Assembly (NCBI GenBank): GCA_030390025.1 | Contig: CM059434.1 | Location: 96,472,001-96,536,000 of the forward strand | Direction: 5' to 3' | DNA length: 64,000 nucleotides | Origin: Squalus acanthias | Lineage: Eukaryota | Translations under genes and position numbers: made by a program | Notes under the pieces: model-generated | The model's input: only the letters and a program-made list of their open reading frames with translations | Told to the model about the DNA's origin: nothing | The model's database searches: none | Shown here: positions 1 to 13,147 of the stretch, piece by piece | How the letters are laid out: the number at the start of each line of letters is the position of its first letter | How positions within the stretch are numbered: position 1 is the stretch's first letter

Positions 1-336
1 GTATGTCCCCGTCGGCACCGAGCGGTACGTCCCCGTCGGCACCGAGCGGTATTTCCCCGTCATCACCGAGCGGTATTTCCCCGTCAGCACCGCGCGGTAT
101 TTCCCCGTCATCACCGAGCGGTATTTCCCCGTCATCACCGAGCGGTATTTCCCCATCGGCACCATGCGGTATTTCCCCGTCGGCACCGAGCGGTATGTTC
201 CCCGTCGGCACCGCGCGGTATTTCCCCGTCGGCACCATGCGGTATTTCCCCGTCAGCACCGCGCGGTATTTCCCCGTCATCACCGAGCGGTATTTCCCCG
301 TCGGCACCATGCGGTATTTCCCCATCGGCACCGTAA
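1..336. repeat. 24-bp minisatellite (consensus GTATTTCCCCGTCGGCACCGAGCG), about 14 copies, cut by the window edge
   Basis: Read directly; explains the periodic peptides of ORFs 3..539 and 164..409. Confidence 0.95.
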
Positions 337-905
337 GGTACTTAAAAGCCGGACTGCAAATTACACTGACTTGCGACGGGACAATTGGATTTTCTTCCTG
401 TGTTTTTAGGGGTGAATATTCTGCCAGAGGTTCCCTATCCTTGTTCGCCGTAACTTTGGCGGAAGAACCACGGAAACCCCGAACAAATGGTCTAAACCAC
501 AGTCTCACGTTCAGTTTGGGGCAGGTTCCAAAGTGCTAAATACAATTAGTAATACAATTTTATGCTAGCACCATTGCAGAAATAGAAATATCTTCCCACC
601 TGATAATCAGTTATCAGCTGCACTAGGTGTTAGGGGTCTTGGGTGGGGGTAGAATGGGACATCAGGTTACCTATACCATGTTTAAGCACTGCCAATAGGA
701 TTCTGTGCTTTATTCGCCATCAGACTGGCTTCACCCATTGGCACGACACCATTATTTTCCATAATGAACCTTAAAGACAGGGTTAGTCATTGATAAGCGG
801 CGAGCTGCTGAAGGGTGACTGGTGCCTGTGGAACCACACCCCAAACCGGAAACACCTTCAGGAGAGGAGGGCGAGGAAACTGGCAAGAAAGAAAAGAATG
901 ATTAT

Positions 906-1609
906 ACCCTCGATATGAATCCCCCCACGACCACTGGGAGAGGGTGGGGGTGGCGGGGGGAGGTGGTTATAAAGTTAAGAGTGTGCAACTCCAGCACGCT
1001 GCATACATGAAATGGTGGCGTACGTCCCGCCATGGAGAGGCAGGACGCTTACTAACATATTTAAATCGGGCTCCTACAAGTGCAATTGAGAGCCCAGTTA
1101 CAAATTAACTGCTGCTGCGCGGGTTTCCCAGGGGTCGGGAAACTTGGCAGTGGAATGTAGGCGGGAGCTGCCGGCTCCACAAGCTAAGGGGCTCTCTCAG
1201 CACTCCTTGTGGGCAGGAGTGCTCCCCCAGGCCCCACAAACCTTCAGCCTCCCCCAGCCCCACTCACCAACCTCCTGCCCATCCCCCGCTCTTCTGATCG
1301 CAGGCCTCCCCCCCAACCCTTCCTGATTGCCAACCTCCTCCCCCTCCCGAATGTCGATCTCCGCCCCAATTGCCGGGGACCGTCCCTAAGGGGCCCTGGC
1401 TGCAGCATCCAGCTGGCAGTGTTCCCTCCCCACTGCCGGCTATAGGGTGTCCATTCGGCCGGTTGCCGGTCAGTAGGCAGAGCTACTCGAAGCAAATGAG
1501 GCCCTGCCGTTAAGATTGGTAGAACCTCCACGTCCCCGGCCTTGCCGGGTTCTTCGACCATTTTCAGTCTCACCCGCTCCCTCTCCTCCACCCTCTAAAT
1601 ATTGGGGCC
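906..1609. mobile_element. GC-rich non-autonomous DNA transposon (Harbinger-type MITE); left end uncertain
   Basis: The right end AATATTGGGGCC followed by TAT resembles the other TIRs in the window. The left end is degenerate. Confidence 0.4.
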
Positions 1610-1670
1610 TATGTCTCCAGATGCTTTGGGAATAAGCGTACTAGAAGTATATGAAAATAAATGACACACA

Positions 1671-2471
1671 GGGCTGGATTTTATCAATGGAGGCGAGCCT
1701 CCCACTTTTGGGGTTGTATAGTCCCACCTCCATCGAGTTGTGGCCAACCCACTTGATTTTCCCTTGATTGACCTTGTTGAGCCCGCCCAGCAGGCTCAGC
1801 AGGCCAATTAAGGGCCACCCGGCAACAGGTGATGTCACAGATTGCCATTTCATCTGTCAAGAGCTTTTGACAGATGAAATATCAGCGTTTGAGCTGTCAA
1901 ACACTGACAATCTGTCCTCTAAGTTAATTCTTTCCTCTCAGGCTGATTTAGAGATCTCTGCAGAACAAAAAGCAGAGGCTGCAGCTTTTGACAGCTCAAC
2001 GGCCATTCTGCTTTCTGTGCTGGTGAGATTTCTGACTCCCGAGACCTGAAGGGCTGACACCTGCAGGAGGAAGTTAAGGTAAGTAAAACTTTTTTCCACA
2101 CTTTACACTTACCTTACACACTTACCTCTGCACACATGCACCCATCACTCACCTGCCCACCGGACATATCGACCCCTCCAAGCCCTGCAGACCCACGGTC
2201 CGCCTCGCTAAATCGACGTGGCTCGGACCTGTCGGGAAGCCCACACTTCAGGGCTAAAAATAGGGATTAGGCAACAAACTGCCTGTTAACTACCTGTTAA
2301 CAGGCAGTTTATTGGCACTAATCCCCTTCCCGCCTCAGGGAGGCGGGTCCCAGCACAGGTCGGGTACCCGCCTCCTGTGAAACTGGCATGGAGGCGGGAC
2401 CCCCGAATCTGCTATTTTCCCACCCCACACGCCTCCAAACCCGCCTCCACGGGTCAATGAAAATTCTGCCC
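1671..2471. mobile_element. Non-autonomous PIF/Harbinger element
   Basis: Imperfect TIRs GGGCTGGATTTT...AAAATTCTGCCC, 3-bp TSD ACA/ACA and repeated GGAGGCGGG subterminal motifs. Homologous in inverted orientation to 42628-43477. Confidence 0.8.
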
Positions 2472-4311
2472 ACAATGTGCAGGGCAGCACATTCTCTCCT
2501 AATAGAGCACTGATTTTGCATTGCAGTGCTCAAGATTACAGTACTGATGCTATGCTATTACCAATAATAACAGCAAATAGATATTATGCTCAGTGTCTCC
2601 TATTCACACTTCCAAAGTCATACTTCAGATTCACAGCTGTCCAGGGCTTCTGTTACCTATCTGTAATGCAATACACTGGCAGAATAATAGCACCCCGCTC
2701 TCCTGCGATTACGTCTTCTCTTTCTCAGCTAGCCTGTCAAGGAGCGGTAGAAGAACAATTTCTTGGAATCCCTTCCTGTAATACTGATAGGCACTTCTTG
2801 GCAACGTCCCAGATGGGGCAAGTTTGACAGCCCAGCACTTCCCCTGCCTTCCCCACTGACTGGGATATTGTGAGCATTAGGACCTGATTGGGAGAGAACA
2901 GGGTTAGAATGAAAACAAAAAAAAGTAAATCTCATTACAATTTTTTTGTTCCACACCTTTTCCCAACATATCCCATTCTGCAACTCAGCATGCATTACTC
3001 TGCAGTGTTTGCCAAACTGAAAATCCCCGCTGAGTTAAGAGAATTGTCAGATTCAATTTTTTAAAAAAGAGCAGACACAACAGCTTTAATGTTCACCAGG
3101 GAAATTCAATTTGGCGCTCAGATTAGTTTCCACACACTGGAAACCAACATGGCAGCCTCTGCTTTCGAGGAGCCCAAGGGTCACGTGTACCTCCTCACCC
3201 AGCCTTGAACAATGTTCCGAGATCAGTGTACAAGGTACAGGTGCATGGGTTTCTAGTGGAATCCATCCCAAGGGAAAAAAAAACCCACATTCTTATTCTA
3301 CACCACTATTAATCTATACCCAATGCACAAAACCCTTCAGAATAGTTCATGGCTATCAGTCGAATGCGTAATCTTAGTGGGTTCTTGCCTGGTGATGTTA
3401 GTGGGGCTGTTCAACTTACGATCAGAGCATTTAGGACATTTTTACCCGCCTTTAACACCAGTTACTCACAGGCGGAGTGGTTTACTGAGGCTCTTTATCA
3501 GTGCTAACAAAATATGCTGCTATTTTAAATGGGATAATGCCAAGCTGTCATACTGAGAATTTATGGGAAAGCAGCAACTCTCTGCCTGCAGCGTGTGAAT
3601 ACTATTAATAGCCAGCAGAGCTGTGAACGAGGCCAGGACAGACAATTCGCAAGCAAAATCCAAGAACAATTCTCTCATTAATCATCCATTTCCTGAGCTG
3701 CCTGAATATGACGATTGAGCAAGTGATTCAGAAAGGGTCTGTGAACCCAGGACTATTAAAAGAAATTATTGTTCACACAGAAGTGACAGAGAGCAAAGAG
3801 AGTGGAAAGCGACACAAGGAGATGGAGCAGACAAATACAGAGATGTTGACATTAAAAATACAATAGCTGGATTAAGAAATATTGTTGCAAAATGTTCCTA
3901 TGTAGGTGTAATCAGTGCTGGTGCTACACTGCATATAGTAGCAGACTTCAAGTTTGTCAATAATTCAGTATCTACTTAGCTAATCTTAAATGCATTCATT
4001 CTTCAAATTCAGGGCCATCAGAAATATGTTTGGAGCAGATTTCTGTCAGAAAATACAGAGGTTCTTCAAGTTTGAGTCTTTAAGAGTTCTTTTTTCAAAT
4101 TCTACATGTATCTGACATTTTATGGCTAGAATATTAAACTGCAGTTTTTGACCTTGCTGCAAGTCTGGGCATTCAAACCTGAGATATCTTTGACCAGGTG
4201 TTTGATGTGATTTTAGTTGATTAACTTTTTTTTCTTTGAACGTTAGGTTACATTGGTTCACCCTATATGGTGTGAGGTATTCGCTGGTGCTTCCACTAGA
4301 CTGTGGGGTAG

Positions 4312-4494
4312 TTAAATCACTGCTGCCAAAGCTGTGTGCTGGGAGCAGCTGAGTGAATCAATAGCTGGAGACAGGCGGCGAGTTTTTGATGAACACGGGC
4401 AATAAGAGGGGGGCTCGGATTGCATCCAAGAGACCAAACTGTTGCGATCCATCAAAGTTTGAGAGACCGTGCTGTGGTTAGTCACACTTTGCTC
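4312..4494 (-). CDS. Candidate next or terminal ANKS1B exon (EQSVTNHSTVSQTLMDRNSLVSWMQSEPP...ALAAVI*)
   Basis: A pyrimidine-rich tract and cacag| acceptor are followed by a phase-0 open frame of 60 codons. I recognise no convincing homology to known ANKS1B C-termini. Confidence 0.25.
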   Translation of the reverse strand, partial: EQSVTNHSTVSQTLMDRNSLVSWMQSEPPSYCPCSSKTRRLSPAIDSLSCSQHTALAAVI

Positions 4495-4563
4495 CTGTGG
4501 CCCTGTCACAGTGCGGAAGACAAAAGAACCTGAGGGCTGAGGCCCTGTCGTTAGGATGGGTGG

Positions 4564-4565
<2 letters not shown>

Positions 4566-4594
<29 letters not shown>
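4566..4594 (+). repeat. Poly-G homopolymer, about 29 nt
   Basis: Read directly. Confidence 0.9.
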
Positions 4595-5920
4595 AGGAGC
4601 GCAGGCACAGAGGGAGGAAAGAGGAAGACTGTGGATATTATTCATTTATTCATTTACTATTTTTCTTATTTTAACTAGGATGTGGGCAGGGGGAAAGTTT
4701 GGATTCCTTTTTGTTTAATGTTTCAAAATTGGAGAGAGCAGGAAACCAAAAGGAACAAATTCAAAAATAAAAGTGAATTAATGCCCGCACATCATATGCA
4801 CAAGGCAGCTGCAGTATCTCTGACACTTAATAATTGTGAGTAAATCTTGCTTGAAGTAAAACTATCTGCAATTTATGAACTCCCCTCCCCAGCATCCCTG
4901 TAGCTGAAGAACTCCTGCAGATTTGGGGACAAAGCCCGAGAGGCGTTTGAATCAAATTTCTGTGCATTTGTGATAGCATCCTCATATTTGGTCACAAGTA
5001 TTTTTCTAGCCAGTTATTAAATATATGATTAGCTTTTGATGTTCATTTCAAGCACTGTCTTCTGTTGGCTGAAATCATCCAATGTGTAAAATATTTTGAG
5101 AACCAGAAGACAGACTGCATTCAAGCAGAAATGTGTTTGAGCTGGTGTATTTTTTCATGCGGCACCTTTTTAAGAACAATCTATTCTAGAAACACTGCGT
5201 GATTGTTCTATTTAGTCATGTTTTAATTCTGTCCTGGTGACCATTCCTGGGCTAAGAGGATGAGCCAGTAGCCTGCTGCCAGGTTTCTGGCACTGTCAAC
5301 CTTACAACTGGGCAGCAGGAGGCAAGTAGAGTGTCTCCGCTTAATCACCCTCCCAAAATGGCATCGGATACCTAGCAGCAAAGAGATAAAGTGGGCTCAA
5401 TTAACTCATATTTAAGTATTTAAATTAGTGATTAGCAGACTAGATTACAAATATGCCTGTCATCTTCACTGCTCATCCATTGATAAACAGCAGAGGTTAG
5501 AAAGCCCATATGATTAATGATTAACACAGAGTCAGAAACTGTATTTTATAGACTCATTATACCTCCTTTGCTGGTGACAAAGGCAAGCTTTGGCTTGCCA
5601 CAGGTCCCTATGGAGAAATTTCAGTCTCGATTTACTGTTTGTAACAGCTCACTAGCAGCACATATAACCAGGTACATTTCAGATAGCAATTCATTTGTAT
5701 AATTACTATTGAAAGGTCACTGTTAACTGATTTCCTTCTGACTGTTTATTGCATGTTAAACAATCCCGCATCCAATTTATGTCAGCAGACACCTTGTCTT
5801 TAATGTACGAGATCTCCAAGTAGCAATGCTCATGAGATACAATGAATTTCTTAGTGCCAATAACAAGCAGAAAAGGATCCATCTTGTTGCTATGCATCTA
5901 TCTGCTTATTAGGCTCTTAC

Positions 5921-6091
5921 CACAGATTTCCGGATACTTGCTCGCGGCTTTGGGATAGGTTTGCCAGCTTTACTTTCAAGGCTATCTTGCATTGTGGGTG
6001 GGCCGTGGCCACCTTTCCTGGCTTGTAGGGCCAACTGATAAGCCACTTCGAAAGCTTGTCCCAGTGTTAAAATGATTTCATAGGCTAAATT
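5921..6091 (-). CDS. ANKS1B: ANKS1B coding exon (end of PTB and tail): [57 protein letters not shown]
   Basis: 171 nt, accag| acceptor and |gtaaga donor; inside ORF 5909..6145. Confidence 0.96.
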
Positions 6092-8383
6092 CTGGTGAAA
6101 AAAAATAAACAAAAAATGTTGGATTTGTAAGTCATTTGAATACAACTTAAGAAAAATAACATGAAAGGAATTGTGTGCATCATCTACAGTATAAGTAAAG
6201 CATATTTTCTAACTTCAGGGGGTAACACCCATAGAGATCAAAAGTAGTAAGCTCTGAAGTATGTTTATTATTCTAATCCATATTATTACAATAAGAATGA
6301 TGAATGCCATGTCTGATTACAGCATATTAAAGCACCAGCATATTAGCTTAAAAGTGGCATGTTTCATAATTAAGCCAAGTCTAACCCATCATATGAAATA
6401 TTACATTAAGCTTGTGTCCCAAGCAGCTTATTAATATTCAACCTTGAACTGATTTTTCTTCTTGAGGCTTCCCACCAACTGACATGTTTTTGATTTGATA
6501 TCAGCAGCATCAATATCTAAATAAATAACCCAGAGGTACCTGCTTTTGACAGATTATTCATAATACCGTATTTTATATTGCTCTCTGAGGTTATGTAGGA
6601 TAATTATGATTCAAAGGTTGTATTGTATCAGCATTTTTTTTTTAAACTGATAGATTTCTAATGCCGAACGCGCTTACTCCCAACAATTTTAACTGCAACA
6701 CTGTGGATCTCCATGGAAACAACAGGATCTTTTCCACTGCAGCTGTGTCGCTGATTCTAACTGGAGACTTTTGCAGCACTGGGGTTCATTTTATAGTCAT
6801 TTATGTTTGAACTACTTCCAGTGTCCATATTTGTTCTTACTCGTGCTGTTTTAGAAAAGGGTGAAAAAAATGGATGTAACCTTGGCTGAAAACTGGAAAT
6901 ATTTAGGGTTCTCAAATGTTGGACTGCGGCGTACTGCACTTCTTGCAAATTTTAAGATCAACCCCCCATCCCAATCACAATGACTTTGTGTAATCTAACG
7001 ATGCAGTTAGATCACATTATCATTTTTTCAGAACCACTTAAAACAGTTAAAAAGGGTCATATTTAGGGTATTGAATATTCCTAATTTATATGTGCCATTT
7101 ATCAAGATTATATAACATTGAAATTTTAGCAACATTTTAAAATATACTAAATAACATTTTATGGAAACTGCAAACTGTAGAACTTAGTGGATAATAGATC
7201 GCTGCAGCTTTATTTTGTAACTGTACAATAATAGCTTCACTTAGCCAACTCTGCAGAGTTTAAAGATTCATGTCTACAATGCACTCCTCGATTAATCTGG
7301 AAGCCAACTGTGCCACACAATGGGCTCGAACACTGGGAGAAAATATACTTTGCTCATCTCTGAATTTTAACACAGTGAGAACTATGGACAACATTATTGA
7401 AAAATGTTCAAGTCAGAACACTAGCTGTTCCTGAGAATATTTACATGAACATTCTAATGGTAATACAGGAGTGGTGTTTGGGAATATATATTATCTGTAC
7501 ACAAATACATCAATAAGAGGAATGGCATCCAATTAAATTCTCCTATCCTGCCAGCTATGAGCAAATGTCAAGGACTTAAATTTTTTCCATCGGAAAAGAA
7601 ATGTAAATAATTATAAAAACCATAATTCATCAAACTGTTTTTAGAAAAATGACAAGTGTCATAAGATGTGTCTTATAAATATAAAATATGATTGATGTGT
7701 GCTTGAGAGCTGATTTTAATGAACATTCATAGAATAATATGTGACAGTCTCTGTACTTCTATGAGCTATATTTAAAGCAAGGCTTGTTTTTTTCCCTACA
7801 ATTCTAAAGCAATCCATGTGGCCACCTAAAGCAGAGTGTGATGTATGTCATTTAAGCCGTCTTTAAAAAAAAATCTGGACATGCAATATAATAAATTTGC
7901 TTGTTTATAACCTTTTCTTGGATTCAATCTTCAAAATAGTTCGACACTTGCAAAGAACAATTTATCAGCTACAATTTAATTTTATTCTTTTGAAAAAATG
8001 AATTTAAACGCCCGTAGTGAACAATGCAGATGGAACTCACACATCAGAGCTTATTTTGGTTGTGGGCCAATATCAAGACAGCAGTCTTTATATATTAGGA
8101 CTAAGAATATATGCAGTGCGTTTATTGTTAATTTTTGCACAGCTCTCAATCACAACACTTTGCTAATGGCTCCACGCAACCTTATTATGCAGCAATCATC
8201 CAAAACAGAAAACACTACTAGTTGTTTGCAGCCAAAAGTGAGTGTAGCCCAGCTCCTGAAATCGGTCACTCACTAGTGGAGAAGAATCCAACCAGGAAAA
8301 GGAAAACAAAATCAAAAAAAAATCACACACATCAGAATCTCTTCAGCAGTTCAGAAAAAGATGAAAAATGTCAAGAGACTGAC

Positions 8384-8521
8384 CACATCAAATGCGCTGA
8401 ATACATGACAGTAGTGGTGACTCGACTTTAAGTCTTTAGTGATGTAGGCAAAGGTGGAAAGATCTTCAGGGTCTTGAGCAGCGCAAGAAATGTTCCTAAT
8501 TTCATGTTCTGTGATGATATT
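8384..8521 (-). CDS. ANKS1B: ANKS1B coding exon (PTB): [46 protein letters not shown]
   Basis: 138 nt, tgcag| acceptor and |gtcagt donor; inside ORF 8351..8638. Confidence 0.96.
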
Positions 8522-10129
8522 CTGCAGATGGTAAAAAAAAAGTGCTAAAATTAGCAGGTTTAGAAATAATAGAATAAAAAAAAACATTTGCAGGGCTGAA
8601 CACAAAAATATATGAAAGTCATTACATATAATTAGCAAAGCTCATTACTATGTAGGAACACATGCAACTGCTTTTAGGTCTTTTGTTTGAGATACATAAA
8701 GGTAGCAGTGGTCAGCCTGATTTAGCAAGTCTAACTTTTGTTAGGAGTCACTCATTGACTGCCTGTTTAAATTATATTATAGTGCTCCACAACACAGCTG
8801 TTGCACATTACATTGTTAGCTGCATGGACGTGTATGTCTTGCATAACATTTTCTGACTGCATCAATTTCAGTGAACAGATAACAAACGCTCAGTCACTCT
8901 GACTTCAACACAGCAGAAAAAAAAAATTAAGAACGCAAAGGACAGGTAGCAGCAATCATTAAACAATCATACCATGATTAATTGGACTCTCTACAAAACC
9001 AATCATACAATGATTGAGATGTTCGGCAATACATTTTCCATCTGGCAATTTTTAAAAATTTTTGCTCAAAATTATTCCTGCATGGTAATATATTTATACA
9101 AGATGCTGTTTGAATTCTAACAGTTGTGAACAATTATTGATATTATGTTTGTAACGTAATAAGAGGTACAATCACTAATTAATCAGTTGGAGGAAAGGTT
9201 TCTGATGATGTCAAAAAATTTAGGTGGCAACAATGTTGGGTCAGGTAAATTGAATCTACTGCTCTATAGAACAGGTTGCAGTTCCATTAAACTGAATGGA
9301 AAATAACATCTGAAATCAAATGCTTCAAGCTAAAATGTAAAGGCATGTTTAAGACAGACCTCTGGCAGACTTTCAGTTATAAATAGAGGGAGAACAGATT
9401 TTCTGAAATGATAACCTATATCTGAATCTCAGCTGCCACAGGTCATTTCTCTGTGGCTTTTGGAATATTCTTGAGGCAACATTTGGCTATCTTAGGTGTT
9501 AAGAGCTAAATAACTTGCAGCCATTTTCAAACAGCATTTCAATGTCAGTGTAACTTGGTTATATATTTTGATGAAACTGTACCATCACAGAGTTTGCACA
9601 GTGCGAGGGAATCGAATACTGTCAGTTTGATGGCAGTGTGGTCTTCCAGCCTGGGAAAAGCTGATAACTCTACTTGCTATCACGCACGGTCATAGGAATT
9701 TCTCTTTTTGTTGTTGAATTCAATATTTTATGCTTTGTAGAGAACTCTTCTTTTTGAAGCCCCAGCTCCAAAGAAAAATAAATTCTGATCAGGTCTCCTC
9801 TACATTGCATGAACGAATATGTTTAAAAAAAATTCTGGATCCATGAAATGAGGCCATTCTAGCTCCCAGGACAACTAGACCAATTTGCTTTTTCCACTCC
9901 AAACCAAGGAAACATTAGGATGGTATTATGTAAAATTTAATTTCTTATTATGCCTTTTAATGAACTAGTAGACTCCCTACATTGATCTCCTGCCTGTCCA
10001 ATTTATATCAGTGTTTCATAACACAGTTATTGCTCCTTACATTGCTAGTTGCATGGATATGTATGTCTTGTATAATATTTTTAAATGTTCTGAATGCATC
10101 GATCTCTGTGACCAGATGAGAACACAAAC

Positions 10130-10850
10130 AAAGATTGATGATATGCATAGGGATCTGGACCCATTAAATAAATAGGCTAAGGAATCACTTGTTGATATGA
10201 ATATAAGATTACATAGTTCAGTGTGAAATGTGCACAGATTAAAGGGATCCTATTTTAAAGCAGGCTGGTGGAATTGTGGAATTCACCGAAGCCCAATCCC
10301 ACCAGGGTACAACAACTTTGACCATTAATATAGATGGAAAAGGAATTGGTGTGAAAATATCCAGTCAATGCAAGGTCAATCACCGATCTAGGAATCAGCT
10401 GAAAGGTATTTGACTATAACAAAAAGGATTTTTTTTAACTTTGCATATACAATTGATGAAGCGACATCTGGGATATGAGGGATATTTTTTAATCTTGCAC
10501 TACTGGCAGGGAGCCACTGGAAATTCAAGTGCTGCCGTACATGATTTTCTGACCATTAATTTAAATTGGCGTGGCAAGCTTTTTTCTAAAAAAGCTGACA
10601 AGAATGGATAATATTGATGAAAGAGGGTTACCTAAATGAACTGTGAATGCAGAACTAACAGACACAAGGACAAAATTAACAATTCTCAAGAAATTGAGAT
10701 TACACAGAATTTCCCTCTCCTTGTAATCCAGAGTAGAAGATATGTGTGCTGCTTGGGCCAAGGAAAGAAACTGGTGAAGGATGAACAATATAGAATGTAA
10801 GGCTGGATTGATATTCTCCAGCTGGGCTTAATTTATCTTCTTTGCGAGGT
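10130..10850 (+). mobile_element. Highly decayed CR1-like LINE fragment
   Basis: Residual similarity to the 3' half of CR1 ORF2; no ORF; ends approximate. Confidence 0.4.
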
Positions 10851-11562
10851 CGCAGTGAGAATCTTTAAAGAGCCTGTCCTCAGAAGATTAAATGCATTGG
10901 TTGACATCCATGATATAGCTGATGGTAACTGGTCTCTGGAAAGAAGTCTTGAAAGGCTGAATTTGTTTTTGCTCCATGCTTTATGTTCTTGCAAGATACA
11001 TTTTAAAACTCCCCCCGCCACCCACCGCCTTTTTTCATTGTTGTACATTTGCCTGTAAAAATGTTTGCTTTGTGGCACCAAATCGTTTCCTCCAGTGAGT
11101 TACACTTGTTTTGAAGAAGTTTAAATGTATTTTAAATACATTTGTTATATGTTGATGCAGACAGAAGACTTTCCCGTAATGTGCCTCAACCCTATTTGGC
11201 CACACCAATGTCACATTTCAGTTTCTCCCAAAAGCCTTTCTGGTAGCCTCTCAGTGCCAATTTAGTACCAAGTTAGCGAGCAGACAGTTGTGTGATGTGG
11301 ACCTGTGCCCACCAGAAACTGGGCTGAGCCCAAACTTTGAAACTTTAGAGCTGGCAGGGGAAGATTTTCATCCCATCAATCTCCGTTAGATAGGAACTTG
11401 GCCCCAAGGGTACCCACAACCTCTACAAGTCCCTTTAATTTCAAGATTAATAGAAATGCGATTTACTGCAATGCAAGATCAGATTTCCCAAATTATCGGA
11501 ATTGGAGGCCTGCCCAGCTGCTTTTTGAAAGAAAAATCTCGCTTCTTATGGGTTTCACTTAC

Positions 11563-11649
11563 CTTGTTTGCAGCATCGATGAACTTTACCCCTTTGTACG
11601 AGATTGAAAGTACAATTGTAGGAATCTTCTTCATTTGTTCTGAAGACTT
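11563..11649 (-). CDS. ANKS1B: ANKS1B coding exon (PTB): [29 protein letters not shown]
   Basis: 87 nt, cccag| acceptor and |gtaagt donor. Confidence 0.95.
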
Positions 11650-12054
11650 CTGGGAAACAGGACAGTGACTTACTTTTTCAAAAATAAAGACTTTAGGAAC
11701 AAAAAAACATTCTCAACAAATTGAGTGAGCACTACTCCAGCTCTCCCTGAATGCATATTTGAAAATCAATCTTTTTGATTCTTTGAACAAACTGACTGTA
11801 GTTTTTGTGCTTGCTGACAGCAAATTCCTATTATTGTAATGTTAATGCTGGTTATTCAATCAACCAAGATAAAGAAGTTTAACTATTAATTAAAAAACTT
11901 CCAAAAGAAATAAAATCAGACAATAAAGTCTTCTACAATGGAGAACATTATGCATCCACGGACAGGGGGATTATCTTAAAACAGCTTTTAGAAAGAAAGG
12001 TCGCGAAATATAAAACAGGTATGCAAATCAGGTACACTCCAGAACACATGGACA

Positions 12055-12290
12055 AGTTAGATTCATAGACCTTTACAGCATAGAAGGAGGCCATTCAGCC
12101 AATAATGTCTGTGCTGCCTTTCTGAAAGAGCTATCCACTTAGTCCCACACCAATCCTTTTCTCCAAACCCTTTAAAATGTTTCATGTTCAAACATCTGGC
12201 CACTTGCTTTTGAAAAGCTAATTAGATTGTGCTTACAGTACTGTTTCTGGTAGGGCATTCCATGTTCAAATAACCCTCTGTTTTCTTTAA
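12055..12290 (-). mobile_element. CR1-type LINE 3' fragment
   Basis: Begins catagacctttacagcatagaaggaggccattcagcc, the same motif as 41335 and 63578. Confidence 0.7.
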
Positions 12291-13075
12291 GTCCAAGAAT
12301 GATTTATTCTAATAGGATAGTAAAAGATGCGGCTTCCTTTTCGCTTCACCCCGCCCCCTCCACACACCCCATTAAGATTACGGACGACAATACAACACAT
12401 GCTACCCTTTTATATGTATTCAGAGCTAGAACCTCACTTTAGACCAGAGCAGGAGTCAATAAGCGCTCCAATCACTTCAAAAACACAATTACTCATTCTC
12501 CCCAATTGCCCCCACCCCCCCCAAACAAAAAAATCCTTGAATGTTCTAAAACACATCTATGTAATGAAACTTTTTGCAGCGACTGAAAGATTCAATATAA
12601 CAGTTATGTTGGCCTCATAGTTGAGTTGTGTATTGGAGCATAGGGTGTTGTGTACTGAAATTGAGCAGCATAGGTGGGATGCCCCATTTGGAGATGTTCC
12701 TGATCTCAGCCTCATTGAACAAGAAGCACAAAGCAATAACTTTTGGTTGAAGAGTGTGTGTCACCCAGTTCCTTATTATATAGATTAATAAGCACGTTGA
12801 TCTGTTACACGAAAGTCAACCTCTGAATATGTAAACCAATATGGGGTTAATTGCAACTACACAATGGGTGTAGTAAAATGATAAACCCATTGCTTTTTAA
12901 GGCTGTTTATAATTTCTCTACATCTTGTAGATTTTCCCTCTATTCTGCCAGGGTTTTAAGTCAATCTCTGCTTAACATCACCACTGATGTGAATGCACTA
13001 TGTGTATCTCACTTCCATTGACACAATTTTGTACTGCCCAGATATCACACTGAAAATCTATAATAGACAACGTAC

Positions 13076-13147
13076 CCGCATCTTAGAACATGCATCCTGT
13101 GTTGACTCTGTTCCTCGCAATTCCTTCACCAACATCGAACCTAAGTA
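13076..13147 (-). CDS. ANKS1B: ANKS1B coding exon (PTB): YLGSMLVKELRGTESTQDACSKMR
   Basis: 72 nt, tttag| acceptor and |gtacgt donor; PTB YLGS motif. Confidence 0.95.

Noticed and set aside
1-336. CRISPR-like array
   Set aside because: The units are contiguous with no unique spacers, the context is eukaryotic and there are no cas genes.
3-539. 178-aa SPS-repeat protein
   Set aside because: It is the translation of the 24-bp minisatellite, with no splice or homology support.
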